A stretch of DNA of 64,000 bases from Desulfomicrobium sp. (GCA_040768745.1 JAXGMI010000002.1:800001-864000), one strand, 5' to 3'; shown: positions 49,665 to 59,464, numbered from the stretch's first letter. A program made the numbers and translations. Notes: generated by a model from the letters alone, not told the origin.

Positions 49665-49700
49665 CCGGCTGGATCCCAGCCAATACCAAGGAGAACAACC

Positions 49701-50342
49701 ATGGAATCCCGCATCCCGCTGCTTGGAGAAAAATTCCCGGAAATGGAAGTCGTCACCACCCACGGCGTCATCAAACTCCCTCAGGCCATGGCCGGAAAGT
49801 GGTTCGTCCTTTTCAGCCATCCCGCGGACTTCACCCCGGTCTGCACCACGGAATTCGTGGCCTTCCAGAAACGCTACGATCAGTTCCGGGCCCTGAACTG
49901 CGAACTGGTCGGCCTGTCCATCGACCAGGTCTTTTCGCATATCAAATGGGTCCAGTGGATAGAGGAAAAGCTGGGCGTAACGATCGATTTCCCGGTCATC
50001 GCCGACGACATGGGCAATGTGGCCAAGGCCCTGGGCATGGTCCATCCGGGCAAGGGGACCAACACGGTCCGTGCCGTCTTCATTGTCGACCCCAATGCCG
50101 CCATCAGGATCATGCTCTATTACCCCCAGGAAATCGGGCGCAACATGGATGAGATCGTCCGCTGCGTGAAGGCCCTGCAGACGTCGGACACGAACAAGTG
50201 CGCGTGTCCGGCCAGCTGGCCCAACAACGAACTGATCGGCGACAAGGTCATCATCCCCCCGGCCAAGGACGTCAAAACGGCCAAGGAACGCACCGGCGCG
50301 AAGGACAGCTTCGACTGGTGGTTCTGTTACCGCAAACTCTAG
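49701..50342 (+). CDS. peroxiredoxin (Prx6 type)
   Basis: [23 protein letters not shown]. Confidence 0.93.
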   Translation: MESRIPLLGEKFPEMEVVTTHGVIKLPQAMAGKWFVLFSHPADFTPVCTTEFVAFQKRYDQFRALNCELVGLSIDQVFSHIKWVQWIEEKLGVTIDFPVIADDMGNVAKALGMVHPGKGTNTVRAVFIVDPNAAIRIMLYYPQEIGRNMDEIVRCVKALQTSDTNKCACPASWPNNELIGDKVIIPPAKDVKTAKERTGAKDSFDWWFCYRKL

Positions 50343-50365
50343 CCGCAAACTCTAGCCGCAAAAAA

Positions 50366-50393
50366 GACGGGAGGTCTGGCCAGACCTCCCGTC
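50366..50393. terminator. hairpin between convergent operons
   Basis: gacgggaggtctg-gc-cagacctcccgtc. Confidence 0.75.
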
Positions 50394-50499
50394 AACTTCT
50401 TTAAGAAATTATCGAAAGCCGTTCTTCCCTGGTCACCCCGCAGGAGGATGAGACCGCGGCAAACCTGCCTCAGTCCCACCCAGGACATGCGGGGCAACC

Positions 50500-51057
50500 C
50501 TACCTCGGCGCCCGGAAGTAGATGACGGACTGGGCGCTCATCTTTTTCACGATCTCCTTGCCCTCGGCCTCAAGCTCCATTTTCAGGATTTCCTTTTCTC
50601 CGAAACGGATGGCGTCGGTCAGGCAGGCCTCGGCACAGACGGGCTTTTCACCCGAGTGCACGCGGTCCCAGCACAGGTCGCACTTGTGGGCCTTGTTTCG
50701 GGCCGCGTCGAACTGGATGACCCCGTAGGGACAGGCCTCGATGCAGGCTTTGCCGCCTGCGCATTTCTCGGCCAGGATGCGCACGATCCCGGTCTCGGGG
50801 TCCTTGACGATGGCTTCGGCCTTGCAGGCCTTGATGCAGGCAGCGTTCTTGCAATGCTGGCAGGGCATGACCCAGCTCGTCTCCGAGAGGTTGGGGTACA
50901 CGCCTTGGCGCTCGCATTCCACGCGTAGGTAAAATGGGATCTCCCCGGGCATGCAGTTCTCGTGGTCCACAAGGCCGTGACTGTTGCGGCAGGCCACCAC
51001 GCAGGTCTTGCAGCCGATGCAGCGGTCCAGATCTATGGCCAGACTCAATTGTTTCAT
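50500..51057 (-). CDS. 4Fe-4S dicluster subunit (DmsB/PsrB-like)
   Basis: CIGCKTCVVAC, CQHC..AC, CAGGKACIEACP, KCDLC...C. Confidence 0.93.
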   Translation of the reverse strand: MKQLSLAIDLDRCIGCKTCVVACRNSHGLVDHENCMPGEIPFYLRVECERQGVYPNLSETSWVMPCQHCKNAACIKACKAEAIVKDPETGIVRILAEKCAGGKACIEACPYGVIQFDAARNKAHKCDLCWDRVHSGEKPVCAEACLTDAIRFGEKEILKMELEAEGKEIVKKMSAQSVIYFRAPR

Positions 51058-51067
51058 GGCTTCCTCC

Positions 51068-53197
51068 TTACTTGCTGATGCGGACGCGGGTGGACACATG
51101 GGCCTCGCCGCCGACGAGATCCTGCCATTGCAGATGGGAACCGGCGTCGGGGATGAGATCGTTGTCGTTCACGCCCGCCCCCGCTCCCACGCGTCCCACG
51201 CTGGCGCCGAACCCGTGCATGATGCCGATGCAGTCGGGCCGGATGTGCTCGGTCAACTTGACAGGTGTGGTCACGCTGCCCGTGCGCGAAGATATGGTCA
51301 CCTTGTCTCCGTCCCGGATTCCGAGCTTCGCCGCCGCAGCCGTGTTGATGAGGGCCGGGTTGGTGGGCTGGCCCGAGGCCGGGTCGCGCAACTGGGCGTT
51401 GTTCACGGACCAGGGGCCCGTGCCGTTGATGTGAATGCGGCGGTAGCTGATCATGATGAACGGATACTTTTCTGCGTCCGCGTCATATTCGGGAGCAAGG
51501 ATGTTTCTGGGCAGGGCCTGACCGATGTCCTCGAGATCCTCCCAATAGAGTTGGACCTTCTTGCTCGGCGTGCCGAAGCCCCGTTCGCGGTACTTGTAGA
51601 AGCCCAGGGTGCCGGGGGACCATCTGCCGCCCATGTCCTGCAACTTCTTCACGGACAGACCAAGGCCCTTGAGCTGGGTATCGTAGTATTCCACATCGTC
51701 CCTGAACTGGAAGTATTCCGGGAACATGCGCTTTCCGAGTTCGATGAAGACCCGGTTGGAATGCCTGGCTTCACCCGGAGGGTCGACCAGAGGCTGGCGC
51801 AGGAGCACGCCGTGGCCGAAGTTGTACCACCAGGGCATGTACAGGAGTTCCCAGCGCTCGAAGTGGGTCTGGTCCGGCAGTACGATGTCGGCGTACTTGC
51901 CCGTTTCCGAAAGCATGATGTCGGTGTTGAGCAGGAATTCCAGCTTGTAGTTCCCATTCTTGTCCTTCATGCACACGGCCTTCTGCCATTCCCTGCTGCC
52001 CATTTCGGTCAAGGCCGGATTGGCCTCGGTGACCATGAGGATTTTCAGGCCATCGTCCTTGATGGCCTGGGTTTCATACCAAGTGGGCTCCAGGATAAAG
52101 CTGTACTTGGCGAACTTTTCACGGTTCGGGCCGGTGCGGTGAAAGCCCTTATCATGCAGGGGCGCTGGGCCCTTGGGCAGCGGCGTGACGGGGGACAGGG
52201 GCGTCAGGTCCGGAATAGGCTGGCCGCCCGGATTATCGAGATTGCCTGTGATGGCCAGAAAGATGGCCCAGGCGTGGCCGTAATCCAGGGCCTGGCCGAG
52301 CATGATGGACTTGAAGCCGTCCACTCCGACGGCTGGTGCCGCGGCGCACATCTCTGCCAGCTTCACGATGTCCCGGGCCGGGACATCGCAGATCCTGCTC
52401 ATGGCCTCGGGAGTCATGGGTTTCACGTGGGCCTTGACCTTTTCGAAGTCGCCTTCGCGCACCCATTCTTCGACGAACTTCTTGTCATAGAGGTCGTTGG
52501 CGATGAGGTAGTTGATCATACCCAGGAACAGGGCCGTGTCGCCGGACGGCTTGATGGGGATCCACCAGTCAGCCTTGGCCGCGTCGGGGCTGAAGATGGG
52601 GTCGATGACGACAAGCTTTGCGCCTCGGTCCTTGGCCTCCAGGATGTCGCGCGGGGCCACGGCGTCGTCCAGACAACCGAAGGCGTGGCGCCCGGCCAGA
52701 AGCATGATGCCGTCCTTGGGCATGGTGAACCAGGCCGGCGGAATATGGTGGTTGGGGATGCCTCCCCAGCACTTGATCTGGGCCACGATCTTGGCCGAGT
52801 CGCAGTGCGGCAGACCGGTGTTGATGTAGCCTCCATAGGCGTTGAGGAAGTGCCATTTGGGGTCCGTCAGGGAATGGGGAAAAAAGCTGTAGGTCAGCTT
52901 GTGGGCCTCGCCGCGGTCATAAAGGCTTCTCAGCTTGGCCTCGATGGTATCAAGGGCCTCGGCCCACGAGATTTCGGCGAACTTGCCTTCTCCCCGTTCG
53001 CCAATGCGCTTAAGCGGCTTGGTCAGCCGGTCCTTGGAGTACTGCAGGGTCACTCCGGCCATGCCCTTGACGCAAACCTTGCCCCGGAACTTCGGATTGC
53101 CCCGCACCTCCGTGACCCGACCGTCCACAATCCGGGCCTCAATGGCGCACTCGGCTTTGCATTGGTAGCATACCGTCGGATACCAGTTACCGTTCAT
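51068..53197 (-). CDS. bis-MGD molybdopterin oxidoreductase catalytic subunit (PsrA/PhsA-like), no Tat signal
   Basis: CYQCKAEC...C Fe-S motif at the extreme N-terminus, RLTKPLKR, probable Cys ligand PHCDS, SETGKYADIVLP. Confidence 0.9.
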   Translation of the reverse strand: MNGNWYPTVCYQCKAECAIEARIVDGRVTEVRGNPKFRGKVCVKGMAGVTLQYSKDRLTKPLKRIGERGEGKFAEISWAEALDTIEAKLRSLYDRGEAHKLTYSFFPHSLTDPKWHFLNAYGGYINTGLPHCDSAKIVAQIKCWGGIPNHHIPPAWFTMPKDGIMLLAGRHAFGCLDDAVAPRDILEAKDRGAKLVVIDPIFSPDAAKADWWIPIKPSGDTALFLGMINYLIANDLYDKKFVEEWVREGDFEKVKAHVKPMTPEAMSRICDVPARDIVKLAEMCAAAPAVGVDGFKSIMLGQALDYGHAWAIFLAITGNLDNPGGQPIPDLTPLSPVTPLPKGPAPLHDKGFHRTGPNREKFAKYSFILEPTWYETQAIKDDGLKILMVTEANPALTEMGSREWQKAVCMKDKNGNYKLEFLLNTDIMLSETGKYADIVLPDQTHFERWELLYMPWWYNFGHGVLLRQPLVDPPGEARHSNRVFIELGKRMFPEYFQFRDDVEYYDTQLKGLGLSVKKLQDMGGRWSPGTLGFYKYRERGFGTPSKKVQLYWEDLEDIGQALPRNILAPEYDADAEKYPFIMISYRRIHINGTGPWSVNNAQLRDPASGQPTNPALINTAAAAKLGIRDGDKVTISSRTGSVTTPVKLTEHIRPDCIGIMHGFGASVGRVGAGAGVNDNDLIPDAGSHLQWQDLVGGEAHVSTRVRISK

Positions 53198-54029
53198 GTT
53201 TTTCCTCCTTCTCGTTTGACCCGGAGATCGGGCCGGGTCCTCCCGTTGCAGGTTTGGCGAGGGGGCCGCACGTCGCAGCTTCCGCCACGAGCACCCGCGC
53301 GCCGAAAAAATGATGCAGGGACATGACCGCCAGGCCGGCCAGCATGACCCACAGGCCTGCCTGGTAGACCACGATGCTCCACGGCCTGGCGCACATGAGC
53401 AGGCTGGCCGCGAGGCAGGCGCCGGTGCCCACGATATCCGCCCGCTGCATGCCCAGGTTGAACCAGGATCGGCCGCAACCGTCTTCGGGCGGCGGGCACT
53501 CGAACCAGAGGCGGTTCCACGCCACGCCGAAGGCAACGGCCAGGATCGCACCCCAGGCCATGTGCAGGGGCAGCACCAAGGCCGGCGCCGGAAGCGGCAG
53601 GATGGCCGGGATGGCCGCCGTGGCCGCCGCCGGAGGGTGGTCGGCGTCCAGGATTTGCATCAACGCACTGGCCAGGAGCACGGCCAGACCGAGCTTTGCG
53701 GGCAGGACCATGGCCGTCCCTCCGAGCAGGGTCTCTCCGGCGGCAACGCCGAGCAGACCTCCCACCGTGGCCACAAAATGCCCGACGATGACGGATTTGG
53801 GCCGGGCCACGCGCAGGTAGGTGCAGGTCGCGCCTATGAAGCAGGTTGCTGCCAGGGGGGCATAGAGCACCCCCACACCCGTGCTCTCGCTGACCAGGAC
53901 AATGAAGGCCAGAAACAGGCCCGCCCCGGTGGATCCCCACAGGATGCGCGACAGGGAGATGATTCCGGGGTGGTACACGTCGCGCATGAATTCCCGCCTG
54001 CAGGGCGGGATCAGTCTGATCTCGATCAT
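53187..54029 (-). CDS. HPP family membrane protein
   Basis: APLAAT, RPKSVIVGH, ADHPPAAATA; two extra C-terminal TM segments. Confidence 0.85.
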   Translation of the reverse strand: MIEIRLIPPCRREFMRDVYHPGIISLSRILWGSTGAGLFLAFIVLVSESTGVGVLYAPLAATCFIGATCTYLRVARPKSVIVGHFVATVGGLLGVAAGETLLGGTAMVLPAKLGLAVLLASALMQILDADHPPAAATAAIPAILPLPAPALVLPLHMAWGAILAVAFGVAWNRLWFECPPPEDGCGRSWFNLGMQRADIVGTGACLAASLLMCARPWSIVVYQAGLWVMLAGLAVMSLHHFFGARVLVAEAATCGPLAKPATGGPGPISGSNEKEEKHER

Positions 54030-54090
54030 GCGGTTCCTCCGTCGTCGCGCATTGCGACGCCGTGTGCAGTGAACAAGTTCTCATTGAAAA

Positions 54091-54116
54091 AGAGCCCCGA
54101 AAGGGGAAAAAGGTTC
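54091..54116 (-). promoter_or_regulatory. putative ECF-type promoter
   Basis: GAACC-N17-CTCT about 60 bp upstream of the HPP gene. Confidence 0.45.
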
Positions 54117-54177
54117 GCTCGGGTCATGAATCGGTCCAACTTCCGAGCGAATTGCAGGGAGGCGGTCCGTCGGAGTG

Positions 54178-55602
54178 TCAGTTCGCTCCGGGAGGAAGAA
54201 GGGAATCAAGGTCGCAGGGTGTTTCGAGGATGCCCGCCTGCAGGGCCAGGTTCATGACCCCGGCGGCCCGGCTCCGGTCCGGGGAAAGGTCATGAAAGCT
54301 TACGAATCCACGGTCAAGCACAAAGGCGGCGACATCTCGGTCCACTCCTGTGTAGCGGGACTGGATGGCGGCGCTCTCCTGCGGGCGGGCGTAAACATAG
54401 TCCGCCGCTGCATGCAGGAGGTTCACGTAGCTCGCGAGCAGTTCCGGATTGGAGCGGGCGAAGTCGTCCCGGACGGCCAGAATGCAGCAGACATGGTCCG
54501 GAGTCAGATCCCGGGAACGGATCATGATTCTGCCCGTGCCGGCGGCCTCGGCCAGCAGGCCCCACGGTTCGGCGCAGAAGAAGCCGTCCAGCTCTCCTTT
54601 GGCCAGGGGGCGTTGCATGGAGGACGGGTTCATGTACACGGCCCTGAAGGGCCCGGATCCCCCGGTCTGGCCGAAACCCAGCATCGTCCTCAGCAGCATG
54701 CCGTGGGTGGACAGGGGATGGGGCAGACCCAGGGCCGCCCCGCCGAGGTTCCTGGTCAAGGCCCGGCCCGGGTTTCCGGTCAGGTTGCGGGCAATGGAGC
54801 TGTGCACGGTGATGGCGCTGCCCTCGTGGTGCCCGTCCATAACCCATCTGAGGGGCAGCCCGCGGTTGTGCAGGACCATGGCCAGAGGCGCCATGAGCAT
54901 GGCCGCGTCCAGGGATTCGTTGACCAGGGCCTTGGCCAGCTGCGCCCAGGACAGAAACTTGCGCAGGCAGATGTGGAAGGTCGCCTGGTCGTGGCGCTGG
55001 TGGGCGACCATAGGCAGGAGGTGGTCCGAGATGGGCAGGTAGCCGACGCGGATGGTTTGCCTGTGCTGCCCGGCCACGGAGCGCATCATGCGGTCGCGGG
55101 TCTCGTGCAGCCGGCGCTTGATGGTGCCCACGGGGGCGCCCAGGGCCAGCGAGATCTCCTCGTAGGAACGGCCGAGCAGGTAGCGCTGCACCGCGGCCTC
55201 GCGGTAAACGCCGGACAGGGAGGCCAGGAAGGCCAGGACCGCGTCCCGGGTCTGGAAGCGGGCGAAGTGCTCCACCGGGTCCAGGTCGTCGCCAGGGATG
55301 TCTTCGAGGTCGTCGAGGCGAGCCGTCGCGACCTGGAGCCCGTTCGCACGCAGGATGCGCAGACAGCTTCTGACCACGATGCTGCGTAGCCAGGCGGGAA
55401 AGGAATCCGGGTCGCGCAGGCCGGACAGGTGCAGCCAGGCCGCGAGGAAGGCCTCCTGCACGGCGTCTTCCGCCATGGCATGGTCACGCAGACGCTGCAC
55501 GGCCACGGCCGAGGCCATGTCCGAAAAACGGCGGACCAGTTCCGCGAAAGCGGACCTGTTCCCATCCCGGGCTTGGCGCAAGAGTTCCTGGTAATTTTTC
55601 AC
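54178..55602 (-). CDS. ECF sigma factor fused to an NrtA/CmpA/NasS-like anion-binding domain
   Basis: sigma2 AEDAVQEAFL..FPAWL, sigma4 SYEEIS..GTIKRRL, then IRVGYLPISDH, SWAQL, STHGMLL, DGFFCAEPW, HVCCIL; one continuous ORF. Confidence 0.88.
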   Translation of the reverse strand: MKNYQELLRQARDGNRSAFAELVRRFSDMASAVAVQRLRDHAMAEDAVQEAFLAAWLHLSGLRDPDSFPAWLRSIVVRSCLRILRANGLQVATARLDDLEDIPGDDLDPVEHFARFQTRDAVLAFLASLSGVYREAAVQRYLLGRSYEEISLALGAPVGTIKRRLHETRDRMMRSVAGQHRQTIRVGYLPISDHLLPMVAHQRHDQATFHICLRKFLSWAQLAKALVNESLDAAMLMAPLAMVLHNRGLPLRWVMDGHHEGSAITVHSSIARNLTGNPGRALTRNLGGAALGLPHPLSTHGMLLRTMLGFGQTGGSGPFRAVYMNPSSMQRPLAKGELDGFFCAEPWGLLAEAAGTGRIMIRSRDLTPDHVCCILAVRDDFARSNPELLASYVNLLHAAADYVYARPQESAAIQSRYTGVDRDVAAFVLDRGFVSFHDLSPDRSRAAGVMNLALQAGILETPCDLDSLLPPGAN

Positions 55603-55876
55603 CGCACTGTGGTCCGGATTCCGAGTTCAGGGGGAAAAGGCAATACCCGCAGCAGAACGACATGGCTGGTCCGGGGGAAGCCCTGTCCCGACTGGGAAGA
55701 GATGCATGCTTACAGTCACACAAATGCGCCCAAGAAGCCAGCCCCTTGCCTGACACAGGGAGTGGACGTTGCGGGCTGCCGGCTCCAGCACACCGTGATC
55801 ATCACTTTTATCTGTTGATAATTTTTCCTACTCATGTTTGTATATTATCGACATTGCATACAAAACGGAGGTATTG

Positions 55877-56341
55877 ATGGACATTAAGAAAAAGATTGAT
55901 CAGGCCAAGGATGCTGTTGAAGACTTGAAGGACCGGGCCGAGGAATGGGCCGACAGGGTCGAAGACAGGATCGACGGAGTCCGCGCGTCCATGGACAAGG
56001 ACAGCGACGGCGTTCCCGATGCCGTGCAGGGTCTGGCCTCCAAGGCCAAGACATTCTTTGCGCAGGCCAAGGACAAGGCCGAGGAACTGGCCGACAAGGC
56101 CGAAGACAGGATCGACGGAGTCCGCGCGTCCATGGACAAGGACGGCGACGGCGTTCCCGATGCCGTGCAGGGTCTGGCCTCCAAGGCCAAGTCATTCTTT
56201 GTGCAGGCCAAGGACAAGGCCGAGGAACTGGCCGACAGGGCTGAAGATAAAATTGAACAAATCAAAGTGGATGCAGGGAAAGCCGTGCAGTCGGCACGGT
56301 CCCGCCTGGATTCCCCGGACAAGGACGACAAAAAGGCGTAG
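55877..56341 (+). CDS. hydrophilic repeat protein (LEA/CsbD-like with DxDxDG motifs)
   Basis: GGAGG RBS; 47-aa repeat containing DKDSDGVPD / DKDGDGVPD. Confidence 0.75.
   Translation: MDIKKKIDQAKDAVEDLKDRAEEWADRVEDRIDGVRASMDKDSDGVPDAVQGLASKAKTFFAQAKDKAEELADKAEDRIDGVRASMDKDGDGVPDAVQGLASKAKSFFVQAKDKAEELADRAEDKIEQIKVDAGKAVQSARSRLDSPDKDDKKA
55937..56248 (+). repeat. 141-bp tandem repeat, about 2.2 copies
   Basis: gaagacaggatcgacggagtccgcgcg at 55961 and 56102. Confidence 0.9.
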
Positions 56342-56625
56342 GTCTCCGGCAGGCGAAGGCCGCAGGGACCTGCTCCATGGTGCCTCAGCCGTGGGGCTCC
56401 CGGGACCGTGTCCCGGACTGTGCAGGGACCCCATGAGCCGACATGAACGCCTGACTGTACGCCTATGCTGCCAATGACGAAAAACGCGATTCACAGCGGA
56501 GGATTGTTCCCGAACAATCCTGGCAACCCGGCTGGATTGCGTGTATCATGAAACAAAAGAAATCGACATGACCGCGGCAATCCAGCCAGGTCGGTCCATT
56601 TCACTAACTCCAAGAGGAGATTGCC

Positions 56626-57003
56626 ATGGGATTCTTGAGTACGATTCTGGAAAAGCTCGGCTTCGGCAGCACAGCTTCCGCCGCCACCGTTTCAAAACCC
56701 GCTGATGCGGCCCCTTCTGCAGCACAGCCCAAGCCAGTCGCCCTTGTCGATGTCGTGGCCCAGATGGAACAACGCGCTGCGGCAAACCCGCAGAAGCTGA
56801 ACTGGAAGACCTCTATCGTCGATCTGCTGAAGCTCCTCGACATTGACAGCAGCCTTGCTGCGCGCAAGGAGCTGGCCACGGAGCTGGGCTGCCCGGCCGA
56901 CCTGATGGGAGATTCCGCGAAGATGAATGTCTGGCTGCACAAGACCGTGCTTGCGCGTATCGCCGCCAATGGCGGCAATATCCCCAAGGACCTCCTGGAT
57001 TGA
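56626..57003 (+). CDS. DUF3597 protein
   Basis: LNWKTSIVDLLKLLDIDSSLAARKELA, SAKMNVWLHK. Confidence 0.9.
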   Translation: MGFLSTILEKLGFGSTASAATVSKPADAAPSAAQPKPVALVDVVAQMEQRAAANPQKLNWKTSIVDLLKLLDIDSSLAARKELATELGCPADLMGDSAKMNVWLHKTVLARIAANGGNIPKDLLD

Positions 57004-57034
57004 GCGGTCGGCACACCCACACAAGGAGGAATAC

Positions 57035-57640
57035 ATGCAGGTAACTGACATTCTTTCACAAATGGGCGGCCTCCAGTCCATGGCGAAGGAACTGGGCGTC
57101 AGTGAAGCCGAGGTGGAGAATGGCGCGTCAGCCCTCATCCCGGCGATTCTGGGCGGATTCAAAAAGCAGGCGCAGTCCCAGCCCGCCGGGCTGGAGGGTC
57201 TCGAGGGCCTGCTCGGACAACTCGGCGGAGACAGCCTTTTGGACAACGTCTTGGCCCCGCAGCCGACAGACATCAGCCGTGGCAACGACGTGCTGGGGCA
57301 GATATTCGGCTCCAAGGAAGTCAGCCGCAACGTCGCGCAAAACGCAGCGTCACAATCGGGGGTCAGTTCGTCCTTGCTGAAGAAGATGCTGCCGATGCTG
57401 GCGATGCTGATCGCAGGCTACATGTCCAAGCAGCGCGGAACGGCGTCAGCCGGCCAGCCTTCCCCCTCGGCGGGTGGAGGTCTTGGGGGCGTGCTCGAGA
57501 GCGTGCTCGGCGGTGGCCAGACATCCGGAAGCGCAACGTCTGGTTCTGGCTTGCCGGGTCTGGCCGCCATGCTCGACTTCAATGGCGACGGCAACGCCCT
57601 GGACGACATCCTGCGCATTGTCGGCAAGGTGCTCCGCTAG
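57035..57640 (+). CDS. DUF937 protein
   Basis: GNDVLGQIFGS, LKKMLPMLA, LDFNGDGNALDD. Confidence 0.85.
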   Translation: MQVTDILSQMGGLQSMAKELGVSEAEVENGASALIPAILGGFKKQAQSQPAGLEGLEGLLGQLGGDSLLDNVLAPQPTDISRGNDVLGQIFGSKEVSRNVAQNAASQSGVSSSLLKKMLPMLAMLIAGYMSKQRGTASAGQPSPSAGGGLGGVLESVLGGGQTSGSATSGSGLPGLAAMLDFNGDGNALDDILRIVGKVLR

Positions 57641-57844
57641 GTTCCTCCTGGCTGAAATGAACATACCTGTTTGCGGTTTGCCGCAACCATCACGGACATG
57701 AGAAGGGGGGGTAGATGTTGACGTCTCCCCCTCTTCGTTTTCGAGCTCAGACCTGCCAGGCAAAGACCCGCACCATCTGGCGGTGCGGAGGCAGTTCCGC
57801 GGGCAGCTTGGCTGTCGCTCCAGAACCCATGAGGGCACCGTGAT

Positions 57845-59464
57845 ATGAATTCCGCCACGCAGTTTGAAAACGTCTGCCGGGCCATGTCGAACCCTGGATT
57901 CTACCCCCATCCCGTTTCACGGCTCGAATTCAGGGAGACCCACATTTCCGCCGTGTTTCTGACCGGTCACTGGGTCTACAAACTCAAGAAGCCGAAAAAT
58001 CTCTCCTTTCTCGACTTTCGGGATCTTGGGGATCGCCACCACTTCTGCCAGCAGGAAGTTCTCCTCAACCAGCGGCTGAGTACCGGAATTTACGAAGGCG
58101 TGGTCGGTATCCGCAGGGATGAGCACGGCAACCTGTCTTTGCATGCCGGGGGGACAATCGTCGAATATGCCGTCAAAATGTTCCAACTGCCTGAGGATTC
58201 GAATTTTGCGGTCATGTTGCGTGAAGGCCGGGTCACCCAAGAGCAGATCTCAGCCTTGGGCCGGATTCTGGCCGCCTTCCATGCGAGAGCCGAAGCGGGT
58301 CCGCACATCGATGCCTTCGGTGATCCGCAACTCATCCGCTCCAATATGGAGGAAAATTTTGAACAGATCCAACCATTTGTGGAAAACCGGATCGACCGCG
58401 AAAAATGGGAGTTCATCTGCCGGATCTGCCTGGCATTCTGGGAGGACCACTGGGCCCTTTTCCAACACCGGCTCAGGAGCGGGAAGATCCGGGACGGCCA
58501 TGGGGATCTGCGCACGGACCACATCTACTTCCACCATGGCATTCAGATCATCGACTGTATCGAGTTCAACCAACGATTCAGATTCGGCGACACGGCCCTC
58601 GATCTGGCTTTCCTGATGATGGATCTGGATCACCTGGGGCATTCCCGCATCGCCCAGACTCTTCTGCAGGTCTACGCCACAACATCCCACGACCCCGAAA
58701 TCTACGCTCTCCTGGAATTTTATGCGGCCTACCGTGCCCTGGTCCGCCTGAAGGTCGCCTGTTTCTCCCTGGACCAGGCTGAACCAGCCCGCCAAGGCCC
58801 TCTTTTGAAGGAGATCTCGCTCTATCTGCTGCAGGCCTACCAGTATGCCCTCTGCTTTGGCCGCCCTGTCCTGTGGGTATTTTTCGGCCTGCCCGCCTCA
58901 GGCAAATCAACCCTGGCCCGCCTGGTGACCCAGGCGCTGTTCATGCCCCTGTTGCAATCCGACATGGTCAGGAAGCAGGATCAGGATTTTCCCCTTGCCA
59001 CGGTCGTCCCCTTCAACACCGGTCAGTACCGGCTCACGATGCGCAACCGGGTTTATGCAAAGCTTTTCAATATGGCCCAGGAGCAGCTCAAAAAAGGGAA
59101 ATCCGTGGCCCTGGATGCCACGTTCTCCGATTCGGCTTGGCGTCGGGAGGCGGTTCGTCTGGCCAGGGATCACAACGCCGGACTGATCTTTGTCCAATGC
59201 ACCTGCGATCCTGAAACCATCAGGGCCCGTTTGGCGCAGCGGGACAAGGCTCCGGGTGCGTCCGATGCCCGACTGATCCATTTTGCGGATATGCTCAAAC
59301 ATCATGAGCCGTTCACGGAAGAAATGGAGGATACCCTGGTCGTGGCGGACACGGACCAGGCCGTGGATCAGACCATGTACGAAATTCTGTCAAAAGCCCA
59401 TGCCCTGAAACGCGCCCAGGTCGCAACGCTTCTGCGCGGTCTCAACGGGACCCGGGAGACATGA
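57845..59464 (+). CDS. aminoglycoside-phosphotransferase-like kinase fused to an AAA_33 P-loop domain
   Basis: ETHIS, YKLKKP, RDGHGDL, DCIEFN, GLPASGKST, SDA. Confidence 0.88.
   Translation: MNSATQFENVCRAMSNPGFYPHPVSRLEFRETHISAVFLTGHWVYKLKKPKNLSFLDFRDLGDRHHFCQQEVLLNQRLSTGIYEGVVGIRRDEHGNLSLHAGGTIVEYAVKMFQLPEDSNFAVMLREGRVTQEQISALGRILAAFHARAEAGPHIDAFGDPQLIRSNMEENFEQIQPFVENRIDREKWEFICRICLAFWEDHWALFQHRLRSGKIRDGHGDLRTDHIYFHHGIQIIDCIEFNQRFRFGDTALDLAFLMMDLDHLGHSRIAQTLLQVYATTSHDPEIYALLEFYAAYRALVRLKVACFSLDQAEPARQGPLLKEISLYLLQAYQYALCFGRPVLWVFFGLPASGKSTLARLVTQALFMPLLQSDMVRKQDQDFPLATVVPFNTGQYRLTMRNRVYAKLFNMAQEQLKKGKSVALDATFSDSAWRREAVRLARDHNAGLIFVQCTCDPETIRARLAQRDKAPGASDARLIHFADMLKHHEPFTEEMEDTLVVADTDQAVDQTMYEILSKAHALKRAQVATLLRGLNGTRET

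Noticed and set aside
50984..53326. Long antisense ORFs (780 aa here; also 30730..32826, 18301..19590 and others)
   Set aside because: Shadow frames of high-GC genes with no recognisable motifs
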